A stretch of 64,000 bases of DNA from Hamiltosporidium tvaerminnensis FI-OER-3-3 (GCA_022605425.2 CM061247.1:1426001-1490000); one strand, 5' to 3'; positions 25,915 through 38,300 are shown, counted from the stretch's first letter. The notes: generated by a model not told the origin, from the sequence alone. Numbers and translations are program-made.

Positions 25915-26124
25915 AAAATATTTAAAGTATAAAAAATTTTTAATCATACAATGGGCTAATTTATTCTGATAATCCTAAATATATTTAAAGAATCACAGAT
26001 TTATTTTAATAATCAAAAATATTTTATACGGGTTAAGAAAGTTTTTTAAGAATCACAATATATTTAAAAAATTACAAATTAATTTCAATTGATTTTAAAA
26101 AATATCTTCTTTTGACTTACCCAT

Positions 26125-27825
26125 ATGAAATATCCAATTTTCTATGCAACTCAAAGCGGTACATCGTATTTTATATCTAAAACAATTGCTTCTACATTAA
26201 ACAATGGATTTGACCATTGTTCAGTAGCAAAATCAATGAATGAAAGAACTTTTGAACCGTTTTCAATTAATAATTTCGATATTACCAAAATAATATATTT
26301 AAAACTTTTCATAATAGTAGTTCCTACGTATGGAGATGGTGATCATTCATTTGAATTATTTAAATTTTGGAAAATTATAAGTATGGAGGAAATACCTAAA
26401 ATATTTAAAAATAAATATTTTGCTGTATTTGGGATTGGTGATAGCAGTTACGAAAAATTTAATTATTCAAGTAAAAAGATTTATAATAGAATTATATCTT
26501 TAGGTGGAATACCACTGATACGAAGAGGTAATGGAGATATTGGTGCAGATAATGGGTATAATTCTGAATTAAAAAACTGGATGTTTGAATTGATGAACAA
26601 TATTTGTAATATTTTTACATGTTTTTCTTTTAGCTATGGATTGGATGAAACAAAAATTGACTGTTTATTGAATTTGAATCGAGTTTTTAAAGATTTCCAA
26701 TGTAAAAATTTAAATGAAATAAATTTTGATCTTTTTTTGGAAACAAATACAAAATACAAATCTAAAGTAATCCATAAAGAATATTTAACACCTAGTGATT
26801 ATGATAAAGAGGTTTTAGAAATAATATTTGAAATAAACGAATATACCGGTTATAAACCTGGATGTTGTTTGGAGATTAAACCTACGAATTATAATTATTT
26901 AGATTTTATTAAATATAATAATTTTAATGGTAATGAAATGATAGAATATAAAAATACTAAAATTTCAGTTTTTAAATTATTAAGAGAAATTAAAGATATA
27001 AATTTTGTTCCACAGCAATTATTTTTTTATTCTTTTTATACAGAAATTGAAGAAATATACGGGGATAACAAACTATTTGAATCAAAATATAATAAAAACT
27101 TGGAATGTAAAAAAATTATTGAAAGAATAAAAATCATTTCACAGGATTATGATTTGTATCATGATTATGTTTTGAAGCCCAAAAGAACTTTTTTTGAAAT
27201 ACTTATTGATTTAGAATTAAAAGTAAGTTTAAATTTTGTAAAAGTTTATGTTCCAGAGATATTAAATAGATATTTTACATTTGAACATAAAAAAGAAAAT
27301 AAATATTCAATTGCGGTGTCTTTGATCGAATACAAATCAATTATAAGAACAAAAAGATATGGACTTTGTTCAAAATATCTGAAAGACTTATCTATAAATT
27401 CAGAAATATTTATTGGTATTACAGAAAGTAATTTACACTTAAATGGAAATAAATTTTTAGTAATTTGTACTGGAACAGGAATTGTTGTAGCAAAATCGAT
27501 TCTAAACTATTTTAAAAATCTTGAAATGATAATATTTTATGGCTTTAGATTTCTTGAAAAAGATTTTTTGTTTAGAAAAGAATTATTTGAAAAAAATAAA
27601 TTAAATGAAAAGTGGATAAAAAATAAAAACTTAAAAATGTGTGTTGCCTTATCCAGGGAAATGGATAGAAAATATGTTCATAAAATTTTTGAAGAAGAAT
27701 GGAATGGAAACATAGAAGAATATTCGGTTATTTTGGCGGGAAATACATCATTAAATAAAGAAATGCGAAAAACATTTCTTAAAATGTTTAATAAAAATAT
27801 TGATTTTCAATCTGAAACTTGGTAG
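26125..27825 (+). CDS. TAH18: NADPH-dependent diflavin oxidoreductase Tah18/NDOR1 (cytosolic Fe-S assembly)
   Basis: Flavodoxin motifs YATQSGTS, TYGDG, FGIGDSSYEKFN; RYF.., GLCSKYL, GTG, YGFR..KDFLF; C-terminal FQSETW. Confidence 0.85.
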   Translation: MKYPIFYATQSGTSYFISKTIASTLNNGFDHCSVAKSMNERTFEPFSINNFDITKIIYLKLFIIVVPTYGDGDHSFELFKFWKIISMEEIPKIFKNKYFAVFGIGDSSYEKFNYSSKKIYNRIISLGGIPLIRRGNGDIGADNGYNSELKNWMFELMNNICNIFTCFSFSYGLDETKIDCLLNLNRVFKDFQCKNLNEINFDLFLETNTKYKSKVIHKEYLTPSDYDKEVLEIIFEINEYTGYKPGCCLEIKPTNYNYLDFIKYNNFNGNEMIEYKNTKISVFKLLREIKDINFVPQQLFFYSFYTEIEEIYGDNKLFESKYNKNLECKKIIERIKIISQDYDLYHDYVLKPKRTFFEILIDLELKVSLNFVKVYVPEILNRYFTFEHKKENKYSIAVSLIEYKSIIRTKRYGLCSKYLKDLSINSEIFIGITESNLHLNGNKFLVICTGTGIVVAKSILNYFKNLEMIIFYGFRFLEKDFLFRKELFEKNKLNEKWIKNKNLKMCVALSREMDRKYVHKIFEEEWNGNIEEYSVILAGNTSLNKEMRKTFLKMFNKNIDFQSETW

Positions 27826-29940
27826 ACCTTTTTTAAAAGTCGATGTTTTATCAGTAAGTAACTTTTTTAACCACTGAAATAAAAAGAAAATAAAATTTTA
27901 GATTCAATCTGCTTTTTCGCATATTTTTTTCTTTAAAATTTTTCCTACTAAAAACAGTTTTAAATTATGAAACTGTCATTTAATTTATTCATTTATACGT
28001 TTGGAAAATATATTTGGTATTTTTTTATTTAATAATGGCTTCTATTAACTTTTAAATTATAAATTTTGTGTCTTAACGCACCTTCGATTTTAACTGTGGC
28101 GGTCTCTCATTTTAAATTATTGTGGCAATATGATGTTTTAAAATTCACATTCAATAAAGAAATGCAGGTTTTGTTAAATTTTTTTATTTTTACCTAATTT
28201 TTCCTTGTATTTTCCTACTTTCTGATTATACTTTAGATTTTACACGTAAATTGATTTAAAATTTCTTTGGATGAATTTTTGCTCATTCAATTTTTTTGTT
28301 TTTTCTATTTATATTGTGAGACATTCCAAGTGTTAGTATTTATAATTTCACAATATTTCTCCTTAATTATCATAATTACGTGTAATTTGATTATAATTCT
28401 GACTCACATCGTCGTGTAAATAAATATTTCTTGTGTCCCTTTTTTACTACCGTATGATATACTTTGGTTTTCAAATTTACACTGGGAATCATTAAGACAA
28501 AATTAATAATTTATATTAAAGTTAATCCTTACCATGCTAACTACGGAATTTTTTTAATGTTTGATAAAAATTGCCCATGATTTATTGCCAATATATATAT
28601 TTCCTAAGTATTTTATAAAAACTTAAAGCATGTTTGATTGTAAATATATTAAATTTACCCTTAAATGTCTTACCAAATTTTTACCTGGAATACATTTACA
28701 AACAAAGTCGGCAGCCGATGTTGCGATCGTGCTTAAAAATCTTATTTTTCTTGAAGGTGCGCCTAATATTCTACAAACAAATAATCTGGGAAATCTGGAA
28801 ACGAATTGATTGAACAAATATGTGTAGAATATAAAATTTCTTTTTCATTCCGGAGTGAAAAATCATTACAAATCAAAGAAAGATTCAACGATGCAACCAT
28901 ACAATTGTAATTAATCCTGCTATAAACCGACTAGTATCATCTCACTAAAAAAAGATGAATTGATTTATACAAGAAAAACGTGCTTAGCTACAATAAAACT
29001 TGAACTATTGTAATTAAAAACAACAAAGAAGAGATTTAGTAGTTGTATATACAAAAATGTCATTATAGGCTATGAAAATGCTATTTATACAATAATATTC
29101 TTTAAGTTCTGAATCAAAGGAATACATACAACAAAAATCAAACCATCTAAATGCCATTTTATTTAGATCGAGGAAAATCAGAACGTAAATATTTCATAAA
29201 ATCGATATACTCTCAAAATTCCCATTGAAATTTCAAGAAAAATATTGTCTCGAATCAAAAACGATAGAGACGTGCACTTAAATCGTTTAAAATTTAATCG
29301 CAATGATGCTTTGCAACTAAAAAGAGATTTTGATAACAATTAAAAGAACAGAAAATAAAGTAGTTGGCTTTAATAAGAAAAGACTTGGAAAGTCGTTGTC
29401 CGAGGTATAGCATTAGTTTATAAATAGAATGCAACAGCAAACAGAAAATTGTTTGCAAAAATCGGGGTAAGAAGTATAAGTCTGAGAAACTGGCTCATCT
29501 TGACAAACATAAATGACCGAATACTTATTTGCAGCATAAATCGTTATAATTTTACAAATCGTCTTTTTAAATTTCCTTTGATTAAATACAATTGTACTTT
29601 GGGTTTTTCTCTCATTCCATATTCCCCAAATAAAAAACTGGAAAAGGTAAAATAGAAACGAAGTAAAGTAAAAATGGCTTAAGAAAAGAATTACAGTAAA
29701 TAAATAGATTCTTCTGTGTAAAATTTATCTAAATATCGTTTTTTAAATCTTTAATCAAAAAAATTGTTGTTATGGAATGCAAAATGGTTGGGAAACAGGT
29801 TTGACATTATTATACATTTTTTTTGCAAAATAGAAATGTAAAATTAAGTTATTTAAGATTAGAATTAATTTGGCATTTAAAATTCCATAATCTAGACTAA
29901 GTTTTTTAATATAGAAAACTAAAATATTTTATGATCCTTA

Positions 29941-30670
29941 GGGTGGAGGGAGGATAACCACATAAAAAACTTTCAGCTTGGCAATGAATGTGTGAAACAG
30001 GTGTGAGATCATTGTTTGGATTTTTGGTGGGAATAAAACCACACTACATCTTCGGTTGTTCCATGGGAGTTGTTATTACGAGGAGAGGTCTAAGAAATGG
30101 CGAAACTTTTTCTACAAATTTATTTGTAGTTTTTTATGTAACCAGATTGCAGACCGCAGCTGAACATGTAGGTAATCGCCATGTAAAAGCATGGAAACCT
30201 AGCCTTGCTCACTCGGGTTAGAAGACTTAGCGCCTGGGAGATATAAAAATAAAACCCATTAAAAGCCAGGAAAGCTAAGTAGCAGGTTATACCTGTTGGT
30301 ATGACATTGCACTGTCTAGGTGGACCCCATGTAAATCTCTGAAATATATCTTAGCTAGAAGTTTATTGGGTTCAGAAAGTGTAGAGTGAGTGGGAATGCT
30401 GCATAGTCTTGGGGGAGCCCAGGGAGGGCTTCGGCCTTCGATCACACTCCATGCAACGGACATTAACGAACTCCGGGCAACTGCCTCGCCTATTAATTAG
30501 GTTCTACACACCTGGTAGATGAAAGGCTTTGGGACGTAGGTATCGCAGGGGTTACCGATGGAGTGTTGGGGTAGCAGTCATTTATGTTAAACCTAGAACT
30601 GCGTTAATGTCATAAAAACAAATATAACACTTGCCACTGTTTTGAAAAAGATGTGATACTTTTAAATAAA
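29941..30670 (+). mobile_element. ~730 bp SINE-like element, copy D (cleanest boundaries)
   Basis: Starts GGGTGGAGGGAGG, ends TTTTAAATAAA, flanked by a perfect 12-bp TSD TTATGATCCTTA (29929-29940 / 30671-30682). Confidence 0.92.
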
Positions 30671-31222
30671 TTATGATCCTTATAAAATATTTGAATTTTT
30701 AACAAATTATTTACTGAGTAGAGATTATGGGTTAGAATTCATCGAATATATGATTATAAAAAATTATGATAATTTTAAACAACATTTTAGTATCGAAACA
30801 ATAAATAATGTAGAAACATGAATTATTATTCTATAATCTGATTGTGATTTTTTGCTTTAATCTAATAAAATCATTTATCAAAAGAAAAAAAATCTAAATA
30901 AAATGTTCATTTTAGGTAAATTAAACATTTTAAAATTTTATAGATTCAAAAAAAAGAAATATTTTCACATTAGAATGGAAAAAACGATAGCGAGTATACA
31001 ACGAAAATAACGATTTTTTAGAGTTATCATTTTTTATAATGATTATGAGAAAAAATACTTTGTTTTTGACGAAAAGAATGAATATTATATCCCAATAAAA
31101 TCGTTTTTAAAGTACATTTTTTTTTGTAAAAAATTTTCAATTAAACTTATTTGCTAGTTGCAAAAATCTTTTAAATTTTTTATTTTTTATTTTTTATTCA
31201 ATCAATTGAAATGCACCCAAGA

Positions 31223-32485
31223 ATGAGGAGACGCTTACTATCAAAGCTTGGGATTTTATTAGTTTTACTGACAAACAAAATATATTGCAGATTAACACCT
31301 AATTTTGTAAACGATGAACAATCTACAAACAAGTATAATGAATCGTTGGAATCTGAACAGATTGATCAAATAACTGCGATACTAAAATTAGATCGTTATT
31401 TTGACATAAAGTTTATAACAAGAGGAAGTTATGGCAAAATATTCCGAGCATCATATTCTTCTTTAACCTAGTCTGTTGCTTTAAAAGTCTATGAAGATGA
31501 GTTAGCTGAAAGCGAAATTATGAAAGAAATATCCTTTTTGAAACAATTAAGTCATCCAAATATTATTTCGGGTACATTATTTTCTAACGGATATATTAAT
31601 TATTTAGAAATGCGATTTGTTGAATTTGACCTTACTGAGTACGTTAAAAATTTTCCTTGGCTATTTACGATATAAAAGAGATTTTGAAACAAGTTTTGGA
31701 TGCTTTATATTATTTAAAAAATAAGCAAATAATCCATAATGATTTAAAACACAACAATATTTTAATAGATGAATATTTAAATATAAAAATTTGCGATTTT
31801 GGAATTTCTTGCTATAAAAAAGAGTTAGCATTTCCGTTCAAGACACTTCCTCCCACTGATCTTGAAAAATACATAGTATATTCTCCCGAATTAAAGAAAT
31901 CGGAAGAATATGATGAGCAATCAGATATGTATTCTTTCGGTATTTTAATTTATTTCATATTTAATAAAAAGAATTAGGCATCGAACACTTATCAATCGAT
32001 TCCCGATATAAATTCTAGAAAGTTATTTTTTTCATTGTACTCATTTGGATCCGAAACACCGACCATCAGTCGACAGTTTACTTATGTCGGCATATTTCGA
32101 TTTCTTATATGAAAATATGTTTTGTTTTGGGGAATTGAAAGACTTCGAAATAAAGACAGAAACTAAATTTATAAGTAAGAAAGATAAAATATTAACAATT
32201 ATTGGTGAAAATGAAAATAAAATTGATATTTTTTGTTGCTGTCATATACTAACATCACTACGCTATACAAGTAAATCTAAAAAATTGAATCTGGGTGAAA
32301 ATGATTATTCTAATAGCACTCATACTTTTAATCAAATTACTACGAAAAGATTTCTTTATAGCGTAGACAAATATGCACTTGAACCTATTCAATTCATGAC
32401 TCGAGCAGATCGACTAGAATATCTTGTTTTTTTTAGTAGTTATAAGAAATATCAAGAAAAATATCAATTTGAAAAGAAAAAATAA
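31223..32485 (+). pseudogene. Secreted-type kinase paralog 3, pseudogene
   Basis: Leader MRRRLLSKLGILLVLL after a CCC motif; kinase motifs HNDLKHNN, DFG, SPE; TAG stops ending at 31471 and 31977; frameshifts near 31650 and 32030. Confidence 0.85.
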
Positions 32486-33955
32486 ATTTTGCAAAAATTT
32501 AATTTCATTCAATAAAATCTGATTTATAAAACTTTTATACTTTTTATAAATTTTCTCTAACTCATCGACCGCATTCTTATTCTGTTAATTTTAAGACTTC
32601 TTTTGTATTTATTGTCTGTTCCACTAGTTTGTTTATTTCGCTATAATTTGAGATGTTTGGTTTTTTAGGTTACTTTTGCAATACCATCACTTCCTTGCAA
32701 GCTTGCTTTGCAGATGGCATTAGTTCCTCGTCAGTATTTAATCATTTAATATCACTTCAGTGACACTATTTCCCAGCTCTCTTCAGCATCTGGCTCCGAA
32801 TTAAGTCCTAAACCTCGATATATTTAACATTTTGACTGTCTACTTAAATAGTATCGAGCGAACTATTTCCTTTTTCATGTGTATTATCAGTTTTTTTAAG
32901 TATTATTTTTGTTACTTTTCCTCAAAATCATTCATTATTATTGTATAAGAGATTATCTAGCATCAACTTATATTATATATCCAAATCATTGGCCACTGGG
33001 TTATATTTTAAACTTTTTTAAGTAAAAATTATTTGAAGTGCATACTAGAAAGTAATTTTTACTTCAACGAGAGTTATCTTGTTTTGACCTCCGTTTCAAT
33101 ATCAATATCCCGGATCTAGATTTCGGAACTTAAAATCGGTTTTTATTTCAGTGTTCATTATTATTTGAACGTATTAACTTTAAAGAATTTTTCGAACTGA
33201 GTGATTCTTAATTTTTCTACAGAAACAAATTAGTATTGATTTAAAAACATTAAGTTTAAGAACCCCAGGTCTTCCTGTTTTTCCCAGATATAATCATGTC
33301 CGAATAATTTCTCTCATCAAGCCGAATCCTTTATTGTTTTATAACCGAATTACTGTTGGTGTATTCTTTGGAACTCTTCATAAAGATTTTTATCTTGGAT
33401 ATATCAGAAAAAATATATATTTCGTGGCTTAATATTATATTTTTTAGATAATTGCAGAGTAAATAACAAATATAAGATGATTTTTTCCGATATTAATACA
33501 CTTTCTTTAAATTTTCATTTTTCTATTTTATAATAAAAGTTTGTAAGTTTATATTAAAATATTTTTTTGATGCCTTCTTCCCGCCTGTATTAGCTTTAAA
33601 AACCATTTTTTCTCTGCAAGATAGGTTTTTGTTTGGTATTCTTTAGGTGTATAATTGCTGTTCTTCGAATATATATTTTTTTGCTTTTTCCCACACAATC
33701 CAAAAGCTGCAGAAGCATATGTTCGCTCGGCAAAAAAAAAATATGTAGACCTCTAGTTTTTTAGGCCCTTAAAACTGCTAGTCGCACAATTACAACTCGG
33801 TCTGCGTGTATCCTACCATTTTTTACTAAACCTTCAGACACTGCCTCATCTAAGTCTAAGAAGTCTACCGCTTTAAGTTAAAGTATTCCTTGATGATAGT
33901 CTTCTAAAATAACGCTGTTTGATAATTTGCTGAAAATAATTTTATTGCATGTAAA

Positions 33956-35227
33956 GGCCTACATTGTGTTGAGTTGCGAAGCGAACATATGCTTCTGCAA
34001 CTCTTGGATTGTCTGGAAAAAAGTAAAGAAATATCAACTAGACGAGCAGCAATCCTCAAGGTGGAGAATAATAATAAAACCCATCTTGCACTAATAAAAG
34101 GCTTCTTAAAAGTAAAGTACAGGTTGGTAGAAGAAGTCACTAAGAAAAGTTTAGAAGAAGCTCAACTGGCAAAACTATATAACGAAATAGAAAAACGAAA
34201 ACTCCATTCAAAGTTATATAAGGCAAGAAAAAATGAGCTTGTGAGTGTTAGTGACTCATCAAGATGGTTAAAGAAAGAGAATATTAGGCCGCGTGATGAA
34301 GCAGTGTTCTGCTATATCCAGGATAGAAATGTATTCTGGAGAGCAGATAATGTGTGTCAACATTGTGGGAAGTCTGGTAAGACTGTAGATCATCTAGCAA
34401 CTAGATGTGAAAAAATGCTAGGCCATGATTACACTAGACGAAAATGAAGTGGTTAGATGCCTACACCTACTTCTCTTAAATAGATATAATTTTAAGTCCT
34501 CAAAACGAATTAGGAGTCACTCAGTTCAAGAAATTCTTGATAATGAGTATGCAGAGATAAGAGTGGACACCAGAATTAAAACTGATGTTAAAATTCGGAA
34601 TAACAGACCGGACATATTTATTTTAGATAAGAAAAAGAATAAGATAACACTTATTGAAGTAGGAATCACTTCCCAAGATTCACTTCAAATAGTTGAAACT
34701 GAAAAACTTAGGAAGTATGACCTGCTAGCCAATGAGTTGGGCCTTATTTATAAGTGTAGTGTTGAGATAATCCCTTATGTGATGACCTGGGACGGTATTG
34801 TGACAAAATACCATAAATCTCATCTTAAAAGACTAGAAATACCCATGAATGTAAAGCATACATTCAGTCTATAGTACTTAAAAAGACAGTCGAAACAATT
34901 TCCTTTGATCGACGAAGAGGACTTGAGTCAAGACTAAATGCCGAAGAGAGCTGGGAGAGAGCGTCAATGGGTGTTATTATGAGATCAGAGATGCATGAGG
35001 AATTAAAACCTTATTTAAAAGAAGAGAAGAGAGAGGAAGATGGTGTTAAAACTTTAAAACCAAAAAATAATACACCCCTTATTTCACAAGGAGGAACCAC
35101 TTTAGAGGAACCGACCAATAACATAAACGAAGAGTCGGATTTGGAAGAAGAGACAATAGTGGTTAAAGTGGTAGAAGAAAACAGATAAAAATGTTAAAAT
35201 ATTTTAACCCAGAATTTTATTAAATAA
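33956..35227 (+). mobile_element. 5'-truncated R4-like LINE (CCHC knuckle + RLE endonuclease), frameshifted
   Basis: CQHC...TVDHLATRC, RPDIFILD..LIEVG..K..KY; 3' end ttattaaataa; TSD ATTGCAT(G/T)TAAA at 33944-33955 / 35228-35239. Confidence 0.92.
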
Positions 35228-36090
35228 ATTGCATTTAAACAAGGGCATTAAAGTTTTTTCATTCTTGCTATTGATTTAATTTGTACTTTTTAGAAGGGGA
35301 TATCGGGTTGAACCTTCTATCTACTATTATTATAAAATTATTTTCCCTCACATCTTTTGAATGTTTAAAATTATCTACGTTCAAGGAATCAATTCATACA
35401 TCCGTCTTTTGAATTAAATTATTTCAATGCTCTTGAGAAATCCTTTAGCTAATCTTCGTTATACAGCGAACGCAGCTATTTATTCAAAAATTTAAAGATA
35501 ATGACTGAACAAGAGTAGATATGGTTTGTGAGGATCTGCTTCTTTATGCATTGCCACTTTTGTATTTCTCATTGAGTTTGCGGCTAGTGGATTCAAAGGC
35601 AACACAAAAAGCAAATTCGACACGCTAATTTTCAGCAATTTTTTTCTCGATTTTTTTGTTCATTATTTTCTTAATACTTTATTAAATATGCATTTTTAAT
35701 TTTAATTTGTCAGCTTAATAAATTTCAGATATAGTATACAAAGATTATTAAATGCATCAAAACAATTAAGCTTCACATATTAGATTGTAAGCTTCTTTGG
35801 TTTTATTGAAGGTTGCTAAGTAGTAGGTTTCGCTGCTTTTAGTGTTAAATTATAACTGACCTACATTTGCTTCGTTGAATATTTCTGTACTATTCTTTAA
35901 TTATAGCTCGTTTTTTTATACTTTGAGCTGCAAGAAGGCCTAACCTAATTTCTTAATAGAATTTTACAGGTTTTACATTCAACTAATTGGTATTCGTTTG
36001 TTACTCTTTGCTAGAGATATTTAGCAATGAGATAAACAGTAAATAGTCACGAAGATATTTTTTTTTAAGATAGAACCTCTAAATATAAAA

Positions 36091-36815
36091 GAAATCTATT
36101 TAAAATTATCACATCTTTTATAAAACAGTGGCAAGTGTTATATTTGTTTTCATGACATTAACGCAGTTCTAGGTTTAACATAAATAACTGCTACCCCAAC
36201 ACTTCATCAGTAACCCCTGCGATACCTACGTCCCAAAGTCTTTCATTTACCAGGTGTGTAGAACCTAATTACTAGGCGAGGCAGTTGCCCGGAGTTCGTT
36301 AATGTCCGTTGCATGGAGTGTGATCGAAGGCCGAAGCCGTACCTGAGCTCCCTAAGACTATGCCGCATTCCTACTTACTCTACACTTCCCGAATCAGTAA
36401 ACTTCTAGCCAAGATATATTTCAGAAATTTACATGGAGTCCCCCTGGACAGTGCAATATCATACCAACATGTATAACCTGCTATTTAGCTCTTTCGGCTT
36501 TAAATGGTTTTATTTTTTAATCTCCCAGGTGTTAACTCTTCTAACCGAGTGAACAAGGCTGGGGTTCTATGCTTTTACATGGCAATTGCTTACAAGTTCA
36601 TAATGTTTACAGTCTAGTTACAGAAAAAACTAAAAAATAAATTTGTAGGAAAAGTTTTGACATTTCGTAGACCTTCTCCTCGTCATAAAAAATCCCCTGG
36701 ATCAACCGAAGATATAGTGTGAGTTTATTCATACCAAAAATCCGAACAATAATTCTCAACCCAGTTTCACTTACTCATTGCCAAGCCGAAAGATTTATTT
36801 GGTATTTTCCTTAAC
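36091..36815 (-). mobile_element. ~730 bp SINE-like element, copy E (subfamily 1)
   Basis: Colinear with copy D; 20-bp TSD TAGAAC(C/T)TCTAAATATAAAA at 36071-36090 / 36816-36835. Confidence 0.9.
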
Positions 36816-38300
36816 TAGAACTTCTAAATATAAAAAGATTCTTCTCAAAAATATTATTAATTATTTTTCTGAAATTTGATACTATAAACGGCTCTGATTT
36901 CTAATTTGAAGCCAATTAAAATTCTGATAAATATTTAATACAAAATTAAATTAAAAGATAAGTATCTGATACAAATTTTCTTAATTAATCCTACTATGTG
37001 ACAATATTAAAACCTATTTCATTAGTAGGCTCTACAATTACAAGTTCATCAGTGTTCAAAATATTATCTGATTCCTAAACCTTGCTCATTTGTGCTTATA
37101 TAAATTCCTAAATAACTTTAGGCATAATTATCCTTTCAGAAAGAATTCATTCTTTATGAAAACGTATTTTGTCTGTAACATTCAATGAATTGCTTCGAAT
37201 ATTGCAAACCCACAAAAGATTATTTATTAACTGTAATAATATATTAACTTTCGCATAATTTTCTTAAGGTTTTTGACTCTGTAACGCAGAGTTTTTTTTT
37301 CGTTTAGTGCTTTTTATAGAAGATATATGCCCGATACTAAATCTAGAATTTCACACTTATGCTTTCCTTCCAAGGGAATCTAAGCGGTTTTTACGTATTT
37401 CTTCGTCATAGCATTTATCTACAGCGTAAAACATATGCGCGGCGTCCGTAATATTCCAGGTACAAGAATCGGCATATTTTTTGACCATTTGATTTATGAT
37501 GTGCATAAATTTACTGCTAAGAAATTCACATAAGTGTTTTTGCGTATGTATCAATTAGTTTTGACTTTACTTATTCGAGATTTTCCCGAATTTATTCAAA
37601 AACCTAGCTTTCAGGTCTAAAACAAAGTAAAGACTATTAGAGAGCATAGTTAGGGATACAAGAGTGGTTTCACATTTTCTCATTGCCCTTTTGATTTTCT
37701 TGCCTTATTTTATGTCTAAGTTAACATATACAAAGCTACTGGGAAGCCAAATTTTTCATTGTTGTGCTTATGATGAACTACCTAACAATTTCGAGACATT
37801 CTGCCAAAACGTGTCTGTAATGCAAAAAAAGCACTTGAGGGCATTTCTATGAAGTGATGGTTACGATAGCAGATATTGTCAACGGATTCATTTGTTTTTC
37901 GCGTTTAAGAATACTAGATTTTGGATTATTGGTCGTAAAATGGCTCACGGATATAAGGTTCAAACGAAGAAGTAAGGGGTTTTATCTGAAAAAATAGGAT
38001 GTAAATTCGACGGTTTTATGTTTATTACATGTTTGGCTAAACAGTATATCTGATGTTTTTAACATGAGAAAAAATAGAATTCACCAGTAGGGTTTACTCC
38101 TGATTTTACACCACTTATTACGATTATCATTCACCTCATAAGAGCCAATTGAAGCCTTTATTCTACTATTTTTTGGTTTGTTACCAATATATTATCATTA
38201 CCCTTATTTCCTACTTTTAAAAAGTTGTAGATTGCAAAAAAACTTAAAATTTTAAAAAAACATCAAATTTTTTACTAATTTACCTTTTTATCCCTTAAGA

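Larger units (their letters stand above)
32502..37900 (-). mobile_element. Old, near full-length decayed R4-like LINE hosting two nested insertions; may extend to ~38200
   Basis: Reverse-complement matches to the 57.9 kb element run in order from the 3' tail (aaatcagattttattgaatgaaa) through RLE, agcgaacatatgcttctgc and RT segments to CYDEEIRK in the N-terminal region. Confidence 0.75.

Noticed and set aside
29988-30221. 77-aa MCETGVR ORF recurring in SINE copies B, D and F
   Set aside because: ATG start only in copy D (GTG in B and F), not called in A, C or E, and no recognisable domain. Recurrence follows from DNA identity.
29975-30500. Hammerhead-like (caatga..gaaac) and HDV-like (gggcaac, cctcgc) words in the SINE
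   Set aside because: No CUGAnGA core, and the HDV elements are in the wrong order.
30555-30632. SINE as the template for the GGGTGTT inserts, or as telomerase RNA
   Set aside because: Only loose resemblance (ggagtgttggggtagcagt, taacac); no AACACCC or repeated CCTAA template on the sense strand.
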